A DNA stretch of 61,915 bases, filler included. It is 7 parts of 7 records of this genome, joined end to end, with 100 filler letters (N's around TTAATTAATTAA, not from the genome) between each part and the next. Parts side by side here need not be neighbours in the genome. Positions count along the whole stretch, not along the records: positions 5,740 to 11,278 come from SRR31147125_7215; positions 11,379 to 20,973 come from SRR31147125_7217; 5 more parts are not named here. One strand, written 5' to 3'. The number at the start of each line of letters is the position of its first letter. Positions within the stretch are counted from its first letter, which is position 1. Made by a program: the position numbers and the translations under genes. Shown piece after piece: positions 9,688 through 20,547 of this stretch. The notes under the pieces were generated by a model, which was not told the origin of the DNA, searched no databases, and saw only the letters and a list, made by a program, of their open reading frames with translations.

Positions 9688-9880
9688 TTCTTCTCATACT
9701 CTTTCTTAAAAATTCACACTTAGCATATTAAAAATAATATTACAACCTATTACGTAGCTAATAATACATAAATCAACTCACTTACGCAATTTTTTTATCC
9801 ATGAATAACAGAGCAGATGTTAAATTGTTTAACCCAGATAATACCGTACCCTGCTACCAATAAAAAATAAGTGCTTAATA

Positions 9881-10705
9881 CTAAGCACTTATTATAACCT
9901 GTTTTTCAATATTCTCTATTGCCTTACTCATAATTCTGGAAATCTTCTCATCCTCAGGGTTTGGCATAATCTCCTGCATATTATGCATTATTCTCCGCTC
10001 ATGCATTATCTTATAACTCCCGATAGAATGAAGATCATAACTCCACTGCACCGGAATCAGTAGAAAGTCCGCCATAGACCTCGCCGCTGTATAAGAGATA
10101 CTCTCTAATGGATCAGCAAGCAGAGAGTCGACTATCTCAGGGGTTGCACTACTTTCAAGATCAAGATTATGCACTATCTCCGGATACTTCTCCAGCTTAT
10201 TGAATTTGATAGCATCATAAAACACATAATAGATATCAAGCTTATCGCTATCTCTGACAACATGAAGAAAACGAAGTATCTCCGGATTAGTAATATCTTC
10301 TGGAATATCTCTGATATTGTGGAGTCTGGTAGCAGTAAGCACACACTCTGCTGCTTTATCCGGCAGAATACTCAACCACCCCATCTCCAGCAATACCTCA
10401 TAACCACATTCACCGTGATTTATAGAATCCGCATCTTTAAATGTATTATACTTGCGCAGCTGCCTGAATCTGCCCACATCATGAAATATCCCGCAAACCT
10501 CTGCCAGCAGAATATCAGCCAGTGAAAAATCATTATGCTCAGCAACCAGACGGGCATTGGCCGCCACTCTCCTGCTATGCTCAAGCTTGAGATCCAGCAT
10601 AGCCGGCAACTCCCCCTCAACCTCAAAGGAAGCCACATAATTGTCATACTCCAGAAAGAGAGCATCCCGCATTTCTTCATTTATCATAATATCCATCCAT
10701 AACAA
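9881..10705 (-). CDS. HD-domain phosphohydrolase
   Basis: EHSRRV, FHDVGRF, NHG, VRDSDKLD. Confidence 0.85.
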   Translation of the reverse strand: MLWMDIMINEEMRDALFLEYDNYVASFEVEGELPAMLDLKLEHSRRVAANARLVAEHNDFSLADILLAEVCGIFHDVGRFRQLRKYNTFKDADSINHGECGYEVLLEMGWLSILPDKAAECVLTATRLHNIRDIPEDITNPEILRFLHVVRDSDKLDIYYVFYDAIKFNKLEKYPEIVHNLDLESSATPEIVDSLLADPLESISYTAARSMADFLLIPVQWSYDLHSIGSYKIMHERRIMHNMQEIMPNPEDEKISRIMSKAIENIEKQVIISA

Positions 10706-10740
10706 TTATCACATATATAATTATTATCGGTATCTCTAGC

Positions 10741-10778
10741 AATTCCTGCAGATTTAACCTGAATGCTGCAGGAAATTG
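10741..10778 (-). terminator. Hairpin after tsaB
   Basis: TTCCTGCAG ... CTGCAGGAA inverted repeat. Confidence 0.45.
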
Positions 10779-10780
10779 AA

Positions 10781-11278
10781 TTAATTCTTCTGATACTTCT
10801 CAAAACTACAGGGAGAGCTATCACGGCGCATATATACTGGCTCTACACCAAGAGGCTCAACAGCGGAGTCGATATTGAGTAGAGCTACCCTGCCGACAGC
10901 ACTTGCAAACGGTGCTTTTACTTCATCTTCAAACTCCGCACCGATATCTTTCAGATAAGCTATTTCTTCTGTAAATCTTTCAATAGCCGAGCCAATAAAG
11001 GAATCTACCTTCTCCCCGGCGATCATCTCACCGAGAAGCTCTGGCTCAAGCGCGATATCATCCCGCAACTGCTGGATAGTCCCATCTTTCTCAAGTCTGT
11101 ACATACCTGTATACACCTCATCATTACGAGCAAACTGCAGAGGCACCACAACCCCACAGCTGCACTTGCTTGATAACGCAAGCGCAGCCATGCTTGATAC
11201 CCCAATTACATCTATACCAGTAGCAAAGGCGAGCGTCTTCGCAGCAATTACCCCAACTCTTGTTCCGGTATAACTCCC
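10781..11278 (-). CDS. tsaB: tRNA t6A biosynthesis protein TsaB, 5'-truncated
   Basis: Frame open to contig edge: GSYTGTRVGVIAAKTLA, ARNDEVY, C-terminal EPVYMR. Confidence 0.85.
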   Translation of the reverse strand, partial: GSYTGTRVGVIAAKTLAFATGIDVIGVSSMAALALSSKCSCGVVVPLQFARNDEVYTGMYRLEKDGTIQQLRDDIALEPELLGEMIAGEKVDSFIGSAIERFTEEIAYLKDIGAEFEDEVKAPFASAVGRVALLNIDSAVEPLGVEPVYMRRDSSPCSFEKYQKN

Positions 11279-11378
11279 NNNNNNNNNNNNNNNNNNNNNN
11301 NNNNNNNNNNNNNNNNNNNNNNTTAATTAATTAANNNNNNNNNNNNNNNNNNNNNNNNNNNNNNNNNNNNNNNNNNNN
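11279..11378. other. Artificial contig linker
   Basis: N44-TTAATTAATTAA-N44. Confidence 0.98.
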
Positions 11379-11407
11379 AGGTGCTCTCCCAACTGAGCTA
11401 TGCGACC
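11379..11407 (-). tRNA. 5' half of a tRNA, probably tRNA-Val; anticodon cut off by the contig end
   Basis: Reverse complement GGTCGCATAGCTCAGTTGGGAGAGCACCT = acceptor 5' strand + D-arm. Confidence 0.8.
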
Positions 11408-11473
11408 TAATATTTGATTGTTAAAAACAATAAAGTTTATTGATTTTTTTGCTCTCTCTTTCAGAGCTTGTTA

Positions 11474-11502
11474 ATTATACATGATTAACACTGTTTTTAC
11501 AA
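11474..11502 (-). promoter_or_regulatory. Sigma70-type promoter of the tRNA
   Basis: TTGTAA-17 nt-TATAAT on the minus strand. Confidence 0.7.
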
Positions 11503-11848
11503 ACTAAATTATTATTGATTATAGTGTTTTATTTCCGTATATTCTCTCATTTTCTCTCTTTTTCTCATAATTACTGTATTTTTCATTTTTTATTAATTTT
11601 ATACATGTTTAAGTTCAATAAAAATTAACACTATAGCAATAAATTCAAGTTCTTGAAATATGTATTTTTTTCCTTAAAAAAATTAATATTTTGTATATTT
11701 TATAATTATTTAATCAACATTCTATATAAATTCTTTCTATATCCTATAAAAAAATGGGTAAACTAGAAATTTGGCTAAAAAAGTTATATAATGTATTTGA
11801 GTGAGACATCTCACTAACGATATATTCAAAAGGGGATTTATTAATAGT

Positions 11849-14106
11849 ATGAATATAAAAAAAGTATATATTTTAGTTTTGATGATTTTTACATTTCTTA
11901 GCAACTCTTATGCTAAAAATATTGTATTAAAACCTTCACTTCAAAAATATCCAATAACAACAGTTGAATATTTAGAGGATATTAACTTAGCATATAAACC
12001 TGATACACTTTTAAAAGAGCACAGTAATAACTTTAAACCTTTAAATGCAGAAATCTTTGACTTTAGTTTCTCAAATTCTTCATTTTGGATTAAGTTTAAT
12101 GTTGAGAATCAATTACGCGAAGAAGAGGTTATTCTTGAAACACCTTATTTCCCACATTTATCTGTACAATTTTTTATTTTTTCAAGCGAGGGTATCTTGG
12201 AAAAAAGATATTTAAGTAATTATATAAAACATAAAAATTTGAACTTTATCCTAAACATACCTAAAGGAAAATCTAAAATTATAGTCCTCAACTGCATACC
12301 GGAAGGTAAGCCAATGAAGCTACCTATCAAAATCTGGACTAAAAAGGGTTTCTCTCAGAAAATAATAGGTGAATACTCATTACTGTTTTTATATTTTGGT
12401 ATAACGCTTTTTCTTTCTCTCAATTCAATTATACTTGGAATTATATTTAGGGCAAAGTCATACTATACCTTTGGTATTTATATCTTTACTTTTGTTCTGC
12501 TATTTTTCTACTCAATGGAGGTACCGAGATTATTTGGAGTATCTACAATCACTCTTACTAAAACTGTTAGTATAACTTATTTTTTATATATGATATCGCT
12601 ACTTGTATTTACGCAAAGCTATTTTGAGATAAAATCAAAGAGACACAACCTTTGTTTTACCTTCCTGGAATTATTAAGTGTAATAATGATTTTCACTTCA
12701 TTATTCTATAACAAAAGTGGAGTTAAATTTCCTTCATACACTACATTTTCTCTGTTTACAATATCAGTAGCAATATTTCTGTCTATCACCTCTATTACTC
12801 AGATTAATAAAAAGAAAAAAGAAGCATCATATTATATTGCAGCGATGAGCCCATATGTTATCTCTTTTGCTCTAAAAATTCTTGTGAGCACAAAAATAAT
12901 TAAAGCAGTGCTTCTAACAGAATATTCTATTCTCGCTGGCGGATTCACATCAACTATACTCTTTTATGTTTTGATTGGCGGAAAAATTCGAACTCTACAC
13001 AAGCAGAAGGAACAATCTCAAAAAGTGTAATTGAACTACAGAAGCAAAATAACCTTGTGCTAGAGAAGCTCGTAAACGAAAGAACTAAAGAGCTAGAGAA
13101 ACAAACTAAGACAATAGAAAATAAAAAAGAGATTCTTCATCTATTATTGTTGGCTAGTTCCGGAATTCAGAGAGTCAAGACAATAGACAGCTATATCTCT
13201 CTTATGTTTGATGAGGTCGGTAGAAAATTTGATGATATTAGTTTAGGATTAATATTTAACGGAAAAAGAGAATCGGAAATTACTGAAGTATATTTTTATA
13301 ATACTAATGAAAAAGAGAAAGAGGAGCTTATCTCTCTTCAGGAAGTAATAATAGAAGAAGCAGAACAAGTGGAATTTAAAATAGGTGATTATAATCTATT
13401 TAAAAGATACATCTATAAATTAGATAATCGCAACTGGAGCATAATGCCATTTACTTCATCAAAAGGACAGATACTAGGTAAGGTCTTTATTGATAAAGAT
13501 GCCATTTCAGAAGATAGTTTGGAAATCTTAACTATTTTTCTAGACCAAATGACTGTTGTTGCTGAAAACATTCAATTAACAAGTTCGCTTGAAAAATTAG
13601 CAAACACTGATGCATTAACTGGTGTTTATAATAGAAATTTTTTTGATGAAAAATTTAAACATCATGTTGAGTTAGCCAATTATCACCATATTGATTTTTC
13701 TATTCTTTCTATAGATATTGATGGACTTAAGAAAGTTAATGATCTCTATGGGCACGAAGAGGGAGATGCACTGATTATAAAGGCTGCTGAAATACTAAAA
13801 ACCGTTACTAGAGAATCGGATATATTAGCACGTATAGGTGGAGATGAGTTTATAATACTCTGTCCATCTACAAATATTGAGGGTGCAAAAAAACTTGTTA
13901 AACGTATAGAGGGTATTCAGTCTCAAACAGAACTTTGTTTTATCTCTCCAAAAGATAATTCTAAAGAGAGAGCATGTGTCCATATGAGTATCGGTATTAG
14001 TAGTACTAGTGAAGTATCTGTTGAAGAATTAATAAAAGATGCTGATAAAAAAATGTACAATAAGAAGAAGGAATATTACAAAACACATGAAAAATATAGA
14101 TCTTAA
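11849..14106 (+). CDS. 7TM-DISM sensor diguanylate cyclase, split by a 1-nt homopolymer frameshift near 13020-13024
   Basis: DISM extracellular domain (FSFSNSSFWIKF), about 7 TMs, then DALTGVYNR and RIGGDEF; adding one A joins the two ORFs (SQKSVIELQKQNNLVLE). Confidence 0.85.
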
Positions 14107-14126
14107 ATTTACAGGGGGATATAAAC

Positions 14127-14294
14127 ATGGCAAAAATGTGTAAACTTGCAGATAAAGCGGAGAAAAAAAGTCAAATGAAGGAGTATTGGCTTCTTGCTGA
14201 TAATCCTAAATATATATGTGAAAAATGTCTTCGAGTTGCCAACGACAGAAAAAACCTATGCAAACCTTTTGATATAAATAAATTTTATAAATAA
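14127..14294 (+). CDS. 55-aa Cys-rich small protein, below the ORF-track cutoff
   Basis: RBS AGGGGG; MAKMCK...YICEKCLRVANDRKNLCKP; followed by a terminator. Confidence 0.75.
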   Translation: MAKMCKLADKAEKKSQMKEYWLLADNPKYICEKCLRVANDRKNLCKPFDINKFYK

Positions 14295-14304
14295 CATTTT
14301 ATTA

Positions 14305-14341
14305 TAAACCAACTAGCTCTTATATTCGCTGGTTGGTTTTA
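14305..14341. terminator. Intrinsic terminator, possibly bidirectional
   Basis: AAACCAACTAGC ... GCTGGTTGGTTT. Confidence 0.75.
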
Positions 14342-14608
14342 TGTTTAATAATAACTTGCATAAGGCGTAGATTTAGAGTATAAACACGAATTAGGTTTTC
14401 ACTCTAAACCACGTAGGTATAGCTCTTATAATACCTTACTGAAAGATTAAATAAATTTGATTTCTTTTAGATTGAATAATATAATTAAATAAGTGTAAAC
14501 AATAGGTAAAAAAATTACTCTATTTGTTTCAATTACTCGGTTTTATTATATAATGAATGTATTGCTAAGAGTTTTTAGGCTCACAATTTTTTAGAGGAGT
14601 GCTGATAA

Positions 14609-16126
14609 ATGAAAGAAAAAATCTGTGCAATAATTGAGTTGTCACCAATGGGAGTTAAATGTCGCATAGCTCAAAGAAATAACAATAACTTTTCTATCTT
14701 GGATTCGATTGAATCCTATATGGAAATATCTCCTAATCTTTCATTTGAAGATATGGAAAACTTATGTAAAATTCTAAACAATTTAAAAAACAACTTAAAA
14801 ACCTATGATATAAAAAAACAAAATGTATCAGTTTATGCTGTAAGTAGTATTGGTGAAAGTAAAAATAGAAGTTTTTTACAAGATATCATTAAAACCAAAA
14901 CTGGTTTTAATTTACACTTTTTAGACTTAAAGGAAAAGAATACTCTAATTTTTAAAAGTATTATGTCTAAAATTTGTAATTTACCTCTTCTAAAGGAAAC
15001 TACCTTAGTTGCAGGAATTGATTATGGTCATATTAGCTTGACAGTCATCAGGGATAGTAATGTTATATTTATGGAGAACTTCTCTTTGGGAACTCTAAAG
15101 ATAAGTGAAATTGTTAGAAACATTAATTATAATCCTCAAAAAACTGATGTAATAATTGAAGAGTATTTTGCAAGTTATCTAAAAATATTAAAAAAGCAGC
15201 TACCAGTTAAGAATTTCAAAACTCTAATTATTCGAGGTAAGCTTTTTGAACTTATAAATGAGGATATTTTAGATAAGAGTGTTGGATGTTTAACATCCGC
15301 TACTAAAGAGAATTTTTTCAAACATATTCAAGAGCTTAAAGAATATTCAGATGAGACACTTGCTGATGAGTTTGATATACTAGAGAGTAGAGCTGAACTT
15401 ATTATTCCTAAGCTAACCTTTTCAAAACTCTTAATGGAATTGACAGAGGTTAATAAAATACACAGTTTATCGCTATCTTTAATGGACGCTCTAATATACA
15501 AAACTCTTTTTGCTCGTGAAGCTGCAAAATATAACAAATATATCTATCATTCTATTATCGCAAGCTCTAAACAGATAGCTAATAAATATATGTATGATAA
15601 GGAGCATGCGGAAAATGTAAAACATATCTCTATTAAACTTTTTAACTTATTCCGAAAAGAACATAATTTAAATAATAAGGATTTAATTTTACTAGAAGCT
15701 GCATGTTACCTACATGATATAGGTAAATTTCTCTCTCTAAAAGATCATTACAAACACTCATATCAATTAATTATAGGGAGTACTATCTTTGGCTTAGATG
15801 AGGATGAAATGGAGATAATAGGGATAATGTCCCTATATCACTCAAGAAAAATACCTAACTTCACCTCAAAACTTTTTAAACACTTTAATGAACCTACTAG
15901 AATGAAAATAATTAAGCTTATTGCAATCTTAAGACTGGCTGACTCTTTAGACAGAAGTCATAAACAAAAAGTCAAGGATGTATCATTTAACGTAACCGAT
16001 CATCTATTAACAATTTATGTAGAATGCAGCGAAAAACTTATCATAGAAAGATGGGCTTTTGAAAGAAAATCTACACTTTTCCAAAATTTATTTGGACTGA
16101 AAACACAACTTAGAATTAAACAGTAA
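14609..16126 (+). CDS. ppx: Ppx/GppA-family protein with HD domain and degenerate N-terminal catalytic motifs
   Basis: Ppx architecture; HAENV, LHDIG, HYKHS, RLADSLD; directly upstream of ppk1. Confidence 0.8.
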   Translation: MKEKICAIIELSPMGVKCRIAQRNNNNFSILDSIESYMEISPNLSFEDMENLCKILNNLKNNLKTYDIKKQNVSVYAVSSIGESKNRSFLQDIIKTKTGFNLHFLDLKEKNTLIFKSIMSKICNLPLLKETTLVAGIDYGHISLTVIRDSNVIFMENFSLGTLKISEIVRNINYNPQKTDVIIEEYFASYLKILKKQLPVKNFKTLIIRGKLFELINEDILDKSVGCLTSATKENFFKHIQELKEYSDETLADEFDILESRAELIIPKLTFSKLLMELTEVNKIHSLSLSLMDALIYKTLFAREAAKYNKYIYHSIIASSKQIANKYMYDKEHAENVKHISIKLFNLFRKEHNLNNKDLILLEAACYLHDIGKFLSLKDHYKHSYQLIIGSTIFGLDEDEMEIIGIMSLYHSRKIPNFTSKLFKHFNEPTRMKIIKLIAILRLADSLDRSHKQKVKDVSFNVTDHLLTIYVECSEKLIIERWAFERKSTLFQNLFGLKTQLRIKQ

Positions 16127-16159
16127 AAAGTTTTATTAATTATTGAAATAAATAATCTA

Positions 16160-16188
16160 AGAATATAGCTTTTTATTAGCTATATTCT
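16160..16188. promoter_or_regulatory. Hairpin between ppx and ppk1
   Basis: AGAATATAGCT-7 nt-AGCTATATTCT perfect 11-bp inverted repeat. Confidence 0.55.
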
Positions 16189-16213
16189 AACTTTTAGGAA
16201 GGAATGGTTTTGA

Positions 16214-18265
16214 ATGAAATATTTACCTGAGCATTTTATAAACAGAGAGCTTAGCTGGCTTGAATTTAACGATAGGGTTCTGGAAGAAGCTGTTATGGAT
16301 AAAAACCCTTTATTTGAAAAACTTAAATTCCTTGCTATAACTTCGTCAAATATGGATGAATTCTTCATGGTTAGAGTTGCAGGTCTTAAAGCTCAAATAG
16401 AAGAAAACTACACTAAAAGAGATATTGCCGGTTTACTTCCAATTGAACAGATGAAAGAGATTAAAGCAAGAGTTAAAAAAATTATTGAAAAACAATATGA
16501 TTGTTTTAACCATTTAATAAAAAAAGAGTTGCCAAAAAATGGTTTTGTTTTTAAAAAATATAGTGAATTAAGTGATAAACAGAAAAAATTTGCAGATAAT
16601 TATTATAATGAAACTCTATTCCCAATACTTACACCAATGGCGATAGATTCTAGTAGGCCTTTTCCGCATTTACTAAATCAATCCCTTAATATCATTACAA
16701 AACTTAATATTGAGGAGGAAGTTCATTTCTCAATAGTTCAAGTTCCAAATATCGCTGGTCGATTTATTGAACTACCCAAATCTGATGAACGAACTTTTAT
16801 CTTTACAGAAGATTTGATAATAGCAAATATCAATTCACTATTTACAGGCTTTAACATAAAGTTTGCTGGTGAGTTTAGAATCACCAGAGATGGAGATATG
16901 ATTATTGATGAAGATGAAGCTGATGATTTATTAATAGAGATAGAAAATTCACTGAAAAAAAGGCAATGGGGATCTCCAGTTAGGTTGGAAGTAAGTTCAG
17001 AAATTGATGAATCTCTATTAAATTTCTTGAAAGAGACCCTTAACCTTCATAGTTCAAATGTATACGAGATGGATGGAGCGTTAGACTTAACATTTCTATT
17101 TTCATTTTCTGGAATTTCAAATGTTGACGCTTCACTAAGCTTCAAATCACAGCTACCTCAAGCACACCCGGCATTTAATAATGAGGATAGTATCTTTTCA
17201 AATATAAAAAAAGTAGATATTTTATTTCATCATCCTTATGAGAAGTTTGATTATATAGTCGATTTAGTCGAGAAATCTGCTAACGATTCAAAAGTTCTTG
17301 CTATAAAACAAACTCTGTATAGAGTCAGCGGTAATTCTCCAATAGTTCAATCACTGATTAAGGCTGCTAATAATGGAAAACAGGTAACAGTTTTAGTGGA
17401 GATTAAAGCTAGGTTTGATGAAGAAAGAAATATCAAATGGGCTAAAAAACTTGAAAATTCAGGTTGTCATGTTATCTATGGTTTAAAAGGACTTAAAACC
17501 CACTCAAAATGTCTGTTAATAGTAAGAAAAGAGAGTGATGGTATTAGAAGATATGTACATTTCGGTACAGGAAATTATAATGATTCTACAGCAAAACTAT
17601 ACACTGACATGGGACTTCTAACATGTAAAGAGGAGTACTGTATAGATGCTTCTAACCTATTTAATAAACTAACAGGTTTCTCTAACCCTAAATCCTGGCA
17701 AAAATTAGCAGTAGCACCTGAAGGGCTTAGAAGCAAATTTGAATCACTAATAAATAAAGAGATTGACCACGCTAAAAATGGAAAAGATGCAAAAATCATA
17801 GCTAAAGTTAATTCCCTGGTGGATCAGAAAATCATTGAGAAGCTTTATGACGCAAGTAGGGCTGGCGTTAAAATAGAGTTGATTGTAAGAGGAGCGTGCT
17901 GTCTAAAACCTGGAATTAAAGGAGTCAGTGAAAATATTGAAGTTTATAGTTTAGTAGGACGTTATCTTGAACATAGTCGAATATTTTATTTCCATAATAA
18001 TGGAAAATCAAAAATATACCTATCAAGTGCTGACTGGATGACCAGAAATCTGGATAGACGTGTTGAGACTCTATTTCCAATTGAAGCAGAAGATACTAGA
18101 GAAAAAGTTATGGAACTATTAGAGTTTAATATAAAAGATAATTATAACTTAAGGAAAGTTAAATCTGATGGTTCATCTGAAATGGTTAAAGCTGGTAAAA
18201 CCTACTTTAATTCACATATTGAGTTTTTTAAAGTTACAAAAAAACGTGCTAAAAAAACAAAATAA
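16214..18265 (+). CDS. ppk1: Polyphosphate kinase 1
   Basis: NRELSWLEFN, DEFFMVRVAGL, HHPYE, KTHSK, GTGNYN, SADWMTRNLDRRVE. Confidence 0.97.
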   Translation: MKYLPEHFINRELSWLEFNDRVLEEAVMDKNPLFEKLKFLAITSSNMDEFFMVRVAGLKAQIEENYTKRDIAGLLPIEQMKEIKARVKKIIEKQYDCFNHLIKKELPKNGFVFKKYSELSDKQKKFADNYYNETLFPILTPMAIDSSRPFPHLLNQSLNIITKLNIEEEVHFSIVQVPNIAGRFIELPKSDERTFIFTEDLIIANINSLFTGFNIKFAGEFRITRDGDMIIDEDEADDLLIEIENSLKKRQWGSPVRLEVSSEIDESLLNFLKETLNLHSSNVYEMDGALDLTFLFSFSGISNVDASLSFKSQLPQAHPAFNNEDSIFSNIKKVDILFHHPYEKFDYIVDLVEKSANDSKVLAIKQTLYRVSGNSPIVQSLIKAANNGKQVTVLVEIKARFDEERNIKWAKKLENSGCHVIYGLKGLKTHSKCLLIVRKESDGIRRYVHFGTGNYNDSTAKLYTDMGLLTCKEEYCIDASNLFNKLTGFSNPKSWQKLAVAPEGLRSKFESLINKEIDHAKNGKDAKIIAKVNSLVDQKIIEKLYDASRAGVKIELIVRGACCLKPGIKGVSENIEVYSLVGRYLEHSRIFYFHNNGKSKIYLSSADWMTRNLDRRVETLFPIEAEDTREKVMELLEFNIKDNYNLRKVKSDGSSEMVKAGKTYFNSHIEFFKVTKKRAKKTK

Positions 18266-18294
18266 ATATTATTTAAAGTCAGGCTAAAAATATA

Positions 18295-18558
18295 TTAGTC
18301 TGACTTTTTTACTCTTTCAATAACTATTTTCATCTTTTTACTAACATGCTCAAAACCAACATCTTTTACATGAGGCAATGTACAATCTGAACAGTTTTTT
18401 ATTCCTGAGTCTGTATATTTAATATTTCCGCCACATTCATCGCCCAATAGATATAAAGGACAGTAGCAGAACAGACAATTAAATTTTTCTTTTTCCAATT
18501 TATGGCAAGGAAAGTATTCACAATTTTTATTTTGAACAAATTTATAATTTTCACTCAT
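18295..18558 (-). CDS. Cysteine-rich small-domain protein
   Basis: CEYFPCH, FNCLFCYCPLY, CSDCTLPH; lies near cobalamin genes. Confidence 0.85.
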   Translation of the reverse strand: MSENYKFVQNKNCEYFPCHKLEKEKFNCLFCYCPLYLLGDECGGNIKYTDSGIKNCSDCTLPHVKDVGFEHVSKKMKIVIERVKKSD

Positions 18559-18727
18559 ATTACTAACTCCTATTCTTTTATAGTTTCTAACTTTATTCTA
18601 AATCATTTTTTTTATTTTTGCAATTCATATAATCTCCTGATATACTCTAATATAAGAGCTTTGCATAATATTATAAAAAAAACCACCAGAAACATTGGAG
18701 GGTATAAACATACGGAGGGTGATAACA

Positions 18728-19078
18728 ATGATATGGAACATAACACTTGCTATTTTACCATCACTTGATGAGGATCATATATCCTTTTTCAAGAAAAAAA
18801 TTGATTTTCCATTTCCGCCAAATGAATTTAAATTTGAATTTATGCATGATTATAATGCAAAAATAAAACTAAATGACTGTACACTTAAAACAAATGGTGA
18901 GTTTGAAGTTTTCGTTAGATATCAGTATACAGATAATAAAGCTGACGAAGAAGCTCTAAAATTTCTAACTTATAAGGAGATTTTAGAATACAGTGAAAGT
19001 TTAAAGCAAGTTAATTCATATAATGAGTTCCTTAAAAAAATTATAAATACTGGCTGGGAAAAATGGGAAGTAAAATAA
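18728..19078 (+). CDS. Hypothetical protein
   Basis: ATG 18728 preceded by GGAGGGT; in operon with cobS. Confidence 0.6.
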   Translation: MIWNITLAILPSLDEDHISFFKKKIDFPFPPNEFKFEFMHDYNAKIKLNDCTLKTNGEFEVFVRYQYTDNKADEEALKFLTYKEILEYSESLKQVNSYNEFLKKIINTGWEKWEVK

Positions 19079-19105
19079 ATTGACTTAGAAAAATACATAA
19101 CAGGA

Positions 19106-19840
19106 GTGCGAGATTTGAAAGGCTTTATTTTATTAACACAATTTATGACAAGAATACCTATTCCAATAAAAATTGAATATAATGAAAATAGATTGGGAAA
19201 AGCTTTTAAGTTTTTCCCTATTTTAGGTTTAATTATCGGTATCATTTTATCTCTCTGTTATTTGGCTCTCATAAAGTTAATTGATAACCGATTTCTCATT
19301 GCAACTATAATCGTGACTATAGAGACCCTGATTACTGGAGGCTTACATCTAGATGGATTGGCTGATAGTTTTGATGCACTGTTTAGCTATAGACCTAGGG
19401 AAAAGATGCTCGAAATAATGAAAGACTCTAGAGTGGGAACAAACGGAGTTTTGGTTCTTATTTTATATTACGCTATAAAAATTGCATGTATAATGGAAGT
19501 GTCGTGGCAAGCGATAATCCTCATGTCAGTTTTATCTAGATTAAGTAGCGTAATTAATGCTGGTTTTGGTAAGTATGCTAGAGAAAAAGGTATGGGAGGC
19601 CCTATCATAGAATTTACAAATAAGACTGGTGTTACTGTGGCTTTTATTTGTTCTATTATAATTGCATACTCTCTAGGTGCTTTTGAATTTATATTAATAA
19701 CTATACTTAGCGCAGTATTTGCTTTCTATTTCCTAAAATCTGTATCAAAGAAAATAGATGGGATAACAGGTGATACTTTAGGAGCTGTACTTGAGTTAAG
19801 TAGCTTAGTTGTACTTATAATGGTGGTGATAATCAAATGA
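19106..19840 (+). CDS. cobS: Adenosylcobinamide-GDP ribazoletransferase
   Basis: TGGLHLDGLADSFD, MKDSRVG, GITGDTLGA. Confidence 0.95.
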   Translation: MRDLKGFILLTQFMTRIPIPIKIEYNENRLGKAFKFFPILGLIIGIILSLCYLALIKLIDNRFLIATIIVTIETLITGGLHLDGLADSFDALFSYRPREKMLEIMKDSRVGTNGVLVLILYYAIKIACIMEVSWQAIILMSVLSRLSSVINAGFGKYAREKGMGGPIIEFTNKTGVTVAFICSIIIAYSLGAFEFILITILSAVFAFYFLKSVSKKIDGITGDTLGAVLELSSLVVLIMVVIIK

Positions 19841-20448
19841 AGCAATATTCTCAAACTAAATTAACTTTTGTAAGGCACGGAGAAACTGAATTAAATGCAA
19901 GAAAATGCTACTTTGGACATCTTAATCCTTCATTAACTGATAATGGAGAGAAGCAGGCAAAACAAACTGCCGAGATACTAAAGGATGAAAAATTTGATTA
20001 TATATTTAGCAGCGATTTAGCCAGATGCGATGAAACAGGTAAAATAATAAACCATTTCCACAACATGTATATAGAGAATAATAATAAATTACGTGAGATG
20101 AATTTTGGAATATTTGAGGGGAAAACACATCATGAACTTTTAGATGAATTTCCAAAAGAGTCTAAAAAGTTTTTTGATAACTGGAAGGATCATAAAATTC
20201 CAAATGGTGAAAGTATAACTATCATGCAAAAAAGAGCTATTGATTTCATCGACAATATAATTAAGCAACATAAAGGAAAATCATTATTAATCATAACTCA
20301 TTCCGGTATAATTAGAGCCCTTCTTTCACACTATATTTGTCCAAGTTTAGATACGTATTGGAAGTTCAGAATTGATTATGCTTCAATTACCAAGCTAAAT
20401 TTTAACAGTGATGGCTACGCCTATGCAGAATGTGTTAATAGAATATAA
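19837..20448 (+). CDS. cobC: Alpha-ribazole phosphatase (histidine phosphatase)
   Basis: RHGET, SSDLARC, LREMNFG, THSG; overlaps cobS by 4 nt. Confidence 0.88.
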   Translation: MKQYSQTKLTFVRHGETELNARKCYFGHLNPSLTDNGEKQAKQTAEILKDEKFDYIFSSDLARCDETGKIINHFHNMYIENNNKLREMNFGIFEGKTHHELLDEFPKESKKFFDNWKDHKIPNGESITIMQKRAIDFIDNIIKQHKGKSLLIITHSGIIRALLSHYICPSLDTYWKFRIDYASITKLNFNSDGYAYAECVNRI

Positions 20449-20511
20449 AAAGTCTTCAACTACTGAGTGAAAGGATTCTATTTTCACTTTAAAAATTATC
20501 AAATAAACTAA

Positions 20512-20538
20512 AAAATCCCGCTTAATAAGCGGGATTTT
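20512..20538. terminator. Bidirectional terminator
   Basis: AAAATCCCGCTTA-A-TAAGCGGGATTTT between convergent genes. Confidence 0.85.
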
Positions 20539-20547
20539 AATATATTT

